DNA of 18,871 nt, taken from the NCBI RefSeq assembly GCF_000196355.1, contig NC_007615.1:1-18871 (forward strand), read 5' to 3'. Position 1 is the stretch's first letter; every line of letters begins with the position of its first letter. Under the pieces are notes generated by a model. That model was not told the origin of the DNA, searched no databases, and worked only from the letters and a program-made list of their open reading frames with translations. This document shows, in pieces, positions 6,937-13,800 of this stretch. The position numbers and the translations under genes are program-made. The stretch is from Nitrosospira multiformis ATCC 25196. Lineage in GTDB: Bacteria > Pseudomonadota > Gammaproteobacteria > Burkholderiales > Nitrosomonadaceae.

Positions 6937-6990
6937 TTAACAGTCGGCAAAAACCGCTTCACTGTCCACCCCTTGACGGCCATTTAACCC
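6937..6990 (-). pseudogene. Decayed 3' fragment of a second phd-like antitoxin gene
   Basis: On the plus strand, 6938-6975 aligns with 5641-5679 (the 3' end of phd): TAACAG-TCGGCAAAAACCGCTTCACTGTCCACCCCTT versus TAACAGTTCGGCAAAAACTGCTTCGCCGTCCACCCCTT. The fragment has a 1-nt deletion. Its minus-strand translation is ..GLNGRQGVDSEAVFADC*, compared with ..QLNRGEGVDGEAVFAELLSEA* for phd. No upstream part of the gene remains. Confidence 0.55.
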
Positions 6991-7009
6991 GCTTGAAGGA
7001 GGAACGGGA

Positions 7010-7381
7010 ATGACCAAAGGACTTATTTTTCAGGAAATATGGAACAGCCTGCCATCTGACCGTAAGGCACAGATCGAGGCGCGTACCCGCAAGCTGGAAG
7101 CGGAATATCTGACCTTACAGGAACTACGCAAGGAAGCTGGGCTGACACAAGCCGGAGTATCGCAGGAGCTGGGAATGCCTCAATCCAATGTCTCCCGCCT
7201 GGAGAAAGGGTCTGACATGCTGCTTTCTACCTTGCGTCAGTATGTGGAAGCTGTTGGCGGAAAACTCAATCTCACCGTTGAGCTGCCAAACGAACCCCCT
7301 ATCAGGCTGAATGTGCTGAGTGACCTTGTAGACCACCCACTCACTATAGAAGGTTCGCAGCCGCAGGCACCGGTGCAATAA
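7010..7381 (+). CDS. XRE-family HTH protein, orphan antitoxin-like
   Basis: LTLQELRKEAGLTQAGVSQELGMPQSNVSRLEKGSDMLLSTLRQYVEAVGGKLNLTVELP is the pattern of HigA-type antitoxins that normally follow a RelE/HigB toxin gene. A strong GAAGGAGG RBS is present. No cognate toxin ORF lies upstream. Confidence 0.8.
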   Translation: MTKGLIFQEIWNSLPSDRKAQIEARTRKLEAEYLTLQELRKEAGLTQAGVSQELGMPQSNVSRLEKGSDMLLSTLRQYVEAVGGKLNLTVELPNEPPIRLNVLSDLVDHPLTIEGSQPQAPVQ

Positions 7382-7389
7382 GGGTGGAT

Positions 7390-7432
7390 TCTGCAAGATG
7401 AAACTATTTTCTCTTGCTTGCAGAAATTTTTT
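7390..7432 (+). terminator. Candidate terminator for the XRE gene, overlapping the 3' end of the convergent nuclease gene
   Basis: TCTGCAAG (7390-7397) pairs with CTTGCAGA (7417-7424); alternatively GCAAGA pairs with TCTTGC. AAATTTTTT follows. The loop is rather large. Confidence 0.35.
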
Positions 7433-8837
7433 GCGTAGCATCGATCACAACAATCTCTGAGGCTGGTTCTCCACTCTCCAGGAGTGCATCACGTATTGCT
7501 TGTATGGTCGTAAGTTTTTTACCTAAATCGCCATAGTCAAGCACCACGAAGACACCATGGCTGGTGCGTGACGCGTCCTTATAAATCTCAAGCTGTTCTT
7601 TGTACCCATGTACGACAGTGCCCGATGAGCGTTTCATTTCAACAAGAACACGGGCACTATAACCCTTAGAATATTTAAAATCGATTGGTCCTCCACCCAT
7701 ATTAGCTTCCGGTGAAATGTCAATATCATTGGCTTTACAGAAGCAGTCGGTAATTGCAAAGTAAATTAGCTGGGCTGCGCGTTCCTTCTTCGGTTTATCG
7801 TCTATCCAAAGGGCCTCCCAGAGATTGCCCTTTTCTACATGATGCTTGAACATATCCATTGTGTCGTTTACGACACGATGGATTTCATCGATACCCTTCT
7901 CAATTTCATATTTTTTATTGGATTTAAGTTCATATTCTTTGCTACCAAGTATCCTCCTCAATGTGTAGTAGCCTAGAACATCACTGTTCGGATCATAATA
8001 TGCCGCATTCTCTTTAATGGCGGCAATAAAGGCTTCGAAAAGTTCTTTGGATTGAAGTGCTGCTTCACGGACAGCCTTTTTGAGATCATCAACTTTTGGG
8101 CGAGTAATACCTGCCAGGAGATGATTTACCCGTGCTCGGATGGCAGCGTTAGCGTCTATTGCTGCCTCAATATCCGACCAATCATTAGCCATTGGTAACT
8201 CCCGAACAATATCAGCGGGCACAAGCACAATCGCCCGCTCTTTTCCATTTGCAGAGGTGTAATGGGGTAATGGGATATCAGGAGAGGTATCTGACGTCTT
8301 TAACGTAATACCCAGAGGTGTGCAAAATTCATGGGTGAGCTTCGCGAGCTGTGGCTCAATTATTCTGGAAGTTAGGTCACTGATAGTATCTGCGCCGACT
8401 TTTTCTTCAAAAAAGCCCATAAGTGAAATCATCTCAGGATCTTGAGAGCCAAGCTCAATAATTTCTTTAGCTGTTCGAAGAATCGCGTTACGAATTTCTT
8501 CAGGGCGGGAAGTGCCAGGACGGTCGCTCCTTCCATAACCAAGGCCATTTGCAGGAGCTTCGCGAAGGTTAAATTGATTCTGGGCAGCCCTCCAAGCTGC
8601 ATCCCCCTCCTTCTTAGAAATGGCAAGCAGTCTAATTACATTTTCAAAATATTTCCTAAATGCTTTGTACGCTTCCTCACTAATGATCTTGTTTGAGCAT
8701 TTATCAAGCAAGATGGGATCAATGAACAAGCGCGTATCAACCGTCAGAAAGGGGTCGATCAATCCTGCCTTTGCAAGTTCATCCGGCGCAATTTTGAAAT
8801 GTTTGGAGAAAAGAAGGGGATTTGAGAAAGATGCCAT
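7404..8837 (-). CDS. 477-aa protein with a C-terminal RecB/Cas4-type PD-(D/E)xK nuclease domain and an unknown N-terminal domain of about 340 aa
   Basis: The motifs appear in order: helix KE352RAAQLIYF, GGGPID386F (GAT at 7680-7682), VLVE400-M-K402 (GAAATGAAA at 7632-7640), and Q415-LEI-Y419 (QxxxY). The gene is monocistronic and visibly AT-richer than its neighbours. I recognise no motif in residues 1-340. Confidence 0.6.
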   Translation of the reverse strand: MASFSNPLLFSKHFKIAPDELAKAGLIDPFLTVDTRLFIDPILLDKCSNKIISEEAYKAFRKYFENVIRLLAISKKEGDAAWRAAQNQFNLREAPANGLGYGRSDRPGTSRPEEIRNAILRTAKEIIELGSQDPEMISLMGFFEEKVGADTISDLTSRIIEPQLAKLTHEFCTPLGITLKTSDTSPDIPLPHYTSANGKERAIVLVPADIVRELPMANDWSDIEAAIDANAAIRARVNHLLAGITRPKVDDLKKAVREAALQSKELFEAFIAAIKENAAYYDPNSDVLGYYTLRRILGSKEYELKSNKKYEIEKGIDEIHRVVNDTMDMFKHHVEKGNLWEALWIDDKPKKERAAQLIYFAITDCFCKANDIDISPEANMGGGPIDFKYSKGYSARVLVEMKRSSGTVVHGYKEQLEIYKDASRTSHGVFVVLDYGDLGKKLTTIQAIRDALLESGEPASEIVVIDATQKISASKRK

Positions 8838-8996
8838 AATTTCGCTAAATAGAATTGAGCGAAAACTTATTTCGCCGCATTAAAACAATCTGCTATTGAG
8901 AGGAGCCGTTTAGATTGTAAGTTTTACGGCTGAGCAAGCAATTGGACTTAGGTACACCTGTCGCTGAGTATGGGTATTGAAGTTCTGTTGAGTCGC

Positions 8997-9042
8997 GGTA
9001 AATCTACTATTGATAAAATACGTTATCAATAGTAGATTTACC
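8997..9042. promoter_or_regulatory. Perfect 20-6-20 palindrome: candidate recombinase core site and/or operator
   Basis: GGTAAATCTACTATTGATAA (8997-9016), spacer AATACG, TTATCAATAGTAGATTTACC (9023-9042). The arms are exact reverse complements. The palindrome ends 2 nt before the recombinase ATG. Confidence 0.6.
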
Positions 9043-9044
9043 CA

Positions 9045-10016
9045 ATGACAACTCAAAACCCCGATTCCCAAAATGCCCTGCCTGCTACTAATCGGCGGCT
9101 TACTGCCGTTGCCTATCAGCGCCTCGCCGACATACCCCCTGAAATTGAATGGTTCGCCAACCTTCCGAATGATGCAACCCGCCGCGCTTACAACAATGCG
9201 CTAAAGGATTTTATGGGCTTTACTGACATCACCCGGCCTGATGAATTCCGTAGCGTAACCCGTGCGCATGTAATTGCCTGGCGCGACGAGCTGGTTAAAC
9301 GCTCTTTAAGTGGAACGACCATCCGCCACCGTCTCGCCGCTTTATCCTCTCTGTTCGAGTATTTATGCGAAAGAAACGCGGTAACCCATAATCCTGTGAA
9401 GGGGGTGAAGCGTCCCCCGGTGGAAAGCTATGAAGGTAAAACTCCGGCTCTTGGCGATCACCAGGCGCGTGCGCTGCTCGATGCTCCGCATAGTCTCTCA
9501 CTCAAGGGCAAGCGTGACCGTGCCTTGCTTGCTACCCTGCTCTACCATGCGCTGCGGCGCGACGAGCTATGCAGGCTCACCGTCAAGGATTTCAGGCATG
9601 AACGGCGTGGGGTCCGTCACTTGCGGGTCCTGGGTAAAGGCGGCAAGACCCGTTATATCCCGTTACACCCTGCCGCCAGCACTCTCATCACCGAGTATCT
9701 GGAAGCAGCGGGACATGGCGCGGAAGATTCAGCTCCCCTTTTCCACCCCGTCAGTAATAACTGCGCTGGGGTTTCAAGCAAGGCCCTTACGCCCGACGGG
9801 GTTTATAAGCTGGTACGCGAATATTCTTCAAACCTTGGTTTTGAAATTGGCCCGCACTCCTTGCGGGCTACCGCTGCGACTAACGCCCTGGACCATCAGG
9901 CCGATATTTCCAAAGTGCAGGAATGGCTGGGCCATGCCAATATCTCCACTACCCGCATTTATGACCACCGCAGGAGCCGACCCGAGGATAGTCCGACGTT
10001 TAAGGTTAGTTATTAA
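9045..10016 (+). CDS. Tyrosine recombinase / integrase (XerC/XerD-like)
   Basis: The N-terminal SAM-like region is TIRHRLAALSSLFEYL. The catalytic-domain motifs are RDRALLATLLYHALRRDEL (Arg), GKGGKTRYIPLHP, HSLRATAAT (HxxR), and LGHANISTTRIYDH (His and the nucleophilic Tyr). Confidence 0.9.
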   Translation: MTTQNPDSQNALPATNRRLTAVAYQRLADIPPEIEWFANLPNDATRRAYNNALKDFMGFTDITRPDEFRSVTRAHVIAWRDELVKRSLSGTTIRHRLAALSSLFEYLCERNAVTHNPVKGVKRPPVESYEGKTPALGDHQARALLDAPHSLSLKGKRDRALLATLLYHALRRDELCRLTVKDFRHERRGVRHLRVLGKGGKTRYIPLHPAASTLITEYLEAAGHGAEDSAPLFHPVSNNCAGVSSKALTPDGVYKLVREYSSNLGFEIGPHSLRATAATNALDHQADISKVQEWLGHANISTTRIYDHRRSRPEDSPTFKVSY

Positions 10017-10097
10017 AATTCTCTGTTATGGGGTGACGGGTGTGTAGTACGGCCAGGAAAGGCGGCCAGCGGCTCTAATTGTTTGCACCTATCTAGG

Positions 10098-10119
10098 CCG
10101 TCGCGATCATAAGCGACGG
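10098..10119 (+). terminator. Candidate hairpin downstream of the recombinase gene
   Basis: CCGTCGC (10098-10104) pairs with GCGACGG (10113-10119) around an 8-nt loop, followed by the T-rich ACATTTCGCTTTCTGC. Confidence 0.25.
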
Positions 10120-10327
10120 ACATTTCGCTTTCTGCTTAACAATTCGTAGGCTACAGCGACGAATGTTTATTTGATGCTCTAATGGTTCGACCTTGCGCCG
10201 GCTTTAAACGGTCAGAACGAGGCTGCTTGATAGCTCGGCTTGAGCGCACATTGAGAAGGTGAAAAGATCGATATATCACGGGCAAGGTGGAGGAAGAGCC
10301 GGTGGTAAAGGGGAGGATGCTGTAAGC

Positions 10328-10897
10328 TTAATTCTTAATTAAGATTCCAATAGGAATAAAGGGGGCATGGTTATATATTTGAAGCCCACGAACTTCAGAA
10401 AATTCTGAGGCTGATCTATAAGTTTTAAATAAACCAAATTTATTTATTGTTTTACTCAGGTAATTTTGAAAGAAGGGTATTTCACTTATTTTACCACACC
10501 CACTTAGGCCGCTAATTAAACCACGTAAATCTAGGATGTCGAATCCCATTAGTCGCCATCCCATATTTATAAGGGCAGTTTCCGAAGGCTGCTCCTCAAA
10601 CCATCCAAACCCATAGTGTTCTCTAAGGGCAATAGTATTTATTTCTAAACATGTCAACGAAATAAGACTTAATTGATCTATAGAAATATGATTTGATCGA
10701 CAAGTATTTATAAGGTCTTCAATATGCGTCGCAAGTGTTAGAGGATTACTTAAAGCATGAGCGTTATTTTGTATAAGATCATCAACTAGGGGAGGGCGAG
10801 GCCAAATATTTGGGTCGCCACTGATTTGCATGTGATTATTCAAATCCAGAGAAATTCTTAGATCGAATCCCAAACTTATTCTTCGATTCCTCATCAT
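10328..10897 (-). CDS. Putative immunity protein for the RHS C-terminal toxin (189 aa from the ATG; the track ORF extends to a TTG at 10930)
   Basis: The gene lies immediately downstream of the rhs gene. The minus strand reads TAATGATG, so the rhs TAA stop (10899-10897) shares its final A with an ATG (10897-10895), which suggests translational coupling. The gene is markedly AT-rich, like the toxin tip. No recognisable family, signal peptide or TM segment. Confidence 0.55.
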   Translation of the reverse strand: MMRNRRISLGFDLRISLDLNNHMQISGDPNIWPRPPLVDDLIQNNAHALSNPLTLATHIEDLINTCRSNHISIDQLSLISLTCLEINTIALREHYGFGWFEEQPSETALINMGWRLMGFDILDLRGLISGLSGCGKISEIPFFQNYLSKTINKFGLFKTYRSASEFSEVRGLQIYNHAPFIPIGILIKN

Positions 10898-13800
10898 TAT
10901 TGGTGAGGCCAAGTTGTATAATTGCCACAATCTTTTATTTCTTCTTTTCCTACTGGAGCTACCGGGGGAAATTGAGTTGTTCCTTTCGATCCACTCCCTC
11001 TATTCCAATAGCATTGACAAGTGTTAGGATTTTGTCCACGACTCCAAATATGATAGTGTGGATCCCACCCATTATGTGTGTGTCCAGTGTCGGGTTCATA
11101 ACATTGGGTTCCCTGAGGTGGATTACAGGGGGGGCAAATAGGTGGTTGAGCAGTTTTATTCTGAGCCGTTTTGGATTCTGAGTTTCCTGAGCACGCGTCA
11201 TATATCGTTGCTCCAGTGATTAAAATAGCCCAACCAGCCCACTTCTGCCAGGCTATATCGCTCGGATCCGGGGTTGCTATGTCAGAACTGGCCCCGCCAA
11301 GTATCCAAGGAAGTGCCCTCAGACCTAAAGGATCAATCATATTAATTGGATTTCCTCCCACATACCCATAAAGATTTAATCCTCCTTTTTCTCCAATCGG
11401 GTCACGCGATAGCCACTTCGCCGTTTTCGGGTCATAGGCCCGGAAATTCGTCAGGTACAATCCGCTCTGCTGATGATAGAACATCCCCGCATAGCGAAAG
11501 TCAACTGAAATCCGCCCACTCCCCGCTATCTGGTTTCCATAAGGATCATAGTCGTAGCTTGCCACCTTGGCCCCATTCTGGGCCGCCATCACGTCCCGCA
11601 CCGAGCCTAGATGGTCAGTGCCGTAATAAAGCAGAGTGCCGCCCTGCGGAATTGCCATGCCTTGCGGGTAATAGCGGCGTGTGACCACATCGCCTGCCGT
11701 TCTGGCCTGGCACAGCGTAGCGCCGCACCAGAGATGACGGGTTTCTGTTATTGCTCCTCCATTATTTTCGACAATAGCCAGCCGCCGCCCCATGCCATCG
11801 TAGCGGAACGTGGTCGCCTTGCTGGGATCGTTCTTGTAGCTGATGGAGAGCAGACGGTTTTCGGCATCCCACTGATAGGTGCGGACTCCGTCATCCTTCA
11901 GATTGCCGTTGGCGTCGTAACTGAAGCTTTCACTGTTAAAACTCGTCAATTGGTTGACGGTGTTGTAATGCGTCAACGCGCCATTGAGGGAAGTCAGGTT
12001 GTCAGCGGCGTCATAACCATAGCTGAAGCTTCCCCCGGATGAAGGCTGGGCGGAGAGGAGGCGGTCAGCGCCATCATAGGCGTAGTGCCAGCTCTTCTGC
12101 GCTGCTCCCCCCGCAGTTTCCGTCAGAGTGGAAATCTGGTTTTCCGGGGTGGTGGCATAGTGGAAACCGCGCGCCAGACCGCTGTTCGTGATCGACTTCA
12201 GGCGGCGGTCATGGGTGTTGTCCTCATAGCCCCACTGCGTTCCCACAGCCCCGGCCTGCTGGCTTAAAAGCTGCCCAGTCTGACCCAGATAGCTGAAATT
12301 GAAGGAGCCCAGCGGATTGGTATGCTGGGTGACGCGGTCGAGCCTGTCATAGGCAAAGGACTCGGTTATCGTATCCACCTTGCGGCTGGTCATCCGCCCC
12401 AATGCATCGTACTGGTAGGAAATCTCGTCATTGGTATAAGGCCCGTTCTCACCTGTCAGCTTGAGCGCCCCCAGGGAGCCGACAGCGCCATACTGGAACT
12501 GGGTGGTTCCCGCCCCATCGGTCATGGTGGTTCTGCGCGGGAAATAGGGGTCGTAGGCGAAGCTTACGCCCGGTGTGGGACTTATAGCATTGGCATAACT
12601 CAGCGCCGCGAGCCGGTCGTCCTTCGTATAGCCATACTGCCTGGTCTGTCCCAAAGCGTCGGTTACGCTTATCAGGCGGCTTGCGCTGTCATAGGCATAG
12701 GTTTCCCTGGAATCGTCGGCATAAACCTTGGCAATGGGGCGGCTCTGGATATCGATATCCCAGCGCGTCATGTTCCCGTTGCCGTCGGTGATGCTGCGCA
12801 ACACCCCGTTACGGTAATAGCTGTAACTGGTGGTCTGACCCGCAGGATCGGTCATCGAGGTCATGCGCCGGTTGGCGTCATAGCTGTAGCTCGTGGCCCT
12901 CCCCATCCTATCTTTTGTTTCTACCAGGTCGAGCAGGTCATAGGTATTCAGCGTGCTGGTTCCATCGGGATAGAGGATTTGCGTAACCCGGTCGAGGGCG
13001 TCGTATTCATAGGCCAGGGTGTGGCCTTCCGAATCGGTGGCGGTGGCAACGCGGTCGAAGGCGTCATAGGTGAAGCTGTGCTGCACCGCGTTATCCGGGT
13101 TGGTGATCGATATCAGCCGTCCCAGCCCATCATAGGCATAGCGCGTGGTCTGCCCGAGCGCGTCGGTCACGCCCGTTACCTGGCCATCCGAGTTGTAGGT
13201 ATAGGAAGTTGTCTTTCCCGCCGCATCGGTCGCAGTCAGGGGAAGGTGCTGGCTGTTGTAGGTGAAGGCCGCCAGCGTGGCCTGGCCGCTGCCCGTGGTC
13301 TGCTGGATGGAAGTAAGATCGATGTCATTGGAAGCGTAGGTAAAGGAAGTCTTGCGTCCTGTAGGATCTATGGCTGTGAGCGGCTTGCCGATGCTGTTAT
13401 AGGTAAATCTTCTTGCTTGCGTGGAGCCGTCATCTAATACTCGGCCGATTGCTATCGGTGTCCCGGCAGTTCCTTCCATGATGGAATTACCTTGTCCCGG
13501 GTAGGTATTCCAGACGCGGCGCTCAAGGGGCTGTTTGCTGCTTTCTATGATCGGCGAGGTCTGTCCAGCCGGGTTATGGAGCCAGTGAATGATTCGGGCT
13601 TGGGTGTAATCGGTATGAGTGATAGCATAAAGATGCTTGTCCCAGTGGAAAGTATTACGGTAGTAAAGAAAACCGTTCAGTATCCCCATGCCAGCCGGAG
13701 CCACAGGATCACCATTGGGTATGCCGGAAGCAAAATGCCGGAATTCCAGTCGTTCGGTAAAACCCATCGGATCGGTCATTTCCAAGAAGCGTGAGTTTTC

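Noticed and set aside
8121-8138. RARVNH (residues 234-239 of the 477-aa protein) as a HEPN Rx4H RNase motif
   Set aside because: It is an isolated match to a very degenerate pattern with no surrounding HEPN-like helical context that I can recognise. The PD-(D/E)xK signature at the C-terminus is far more specific.
9430-10047. A 205-aa ORF overlapping the recombinase gene in another frame
   Set aside because: It is the same strand in an alternative frame of a gene with clear tyrosine-recombinase motifs. Its translation is Arg/Ser/Pro-rich with no recognisable features.
10017-10327. A 310-bp spacer between the recombinase and the rhs immunity gene as a possible orphan rhs toxin/immunity remnant or att site
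   Set aside because: It contains small hairpins (10098-10119, and ATTCGT/ACGAAT around 10143-10165). I see no YD or DPxGL-coding remnant, no repeat of the 20-bp recombinase arm and no ORF. It probably holds terminators only.
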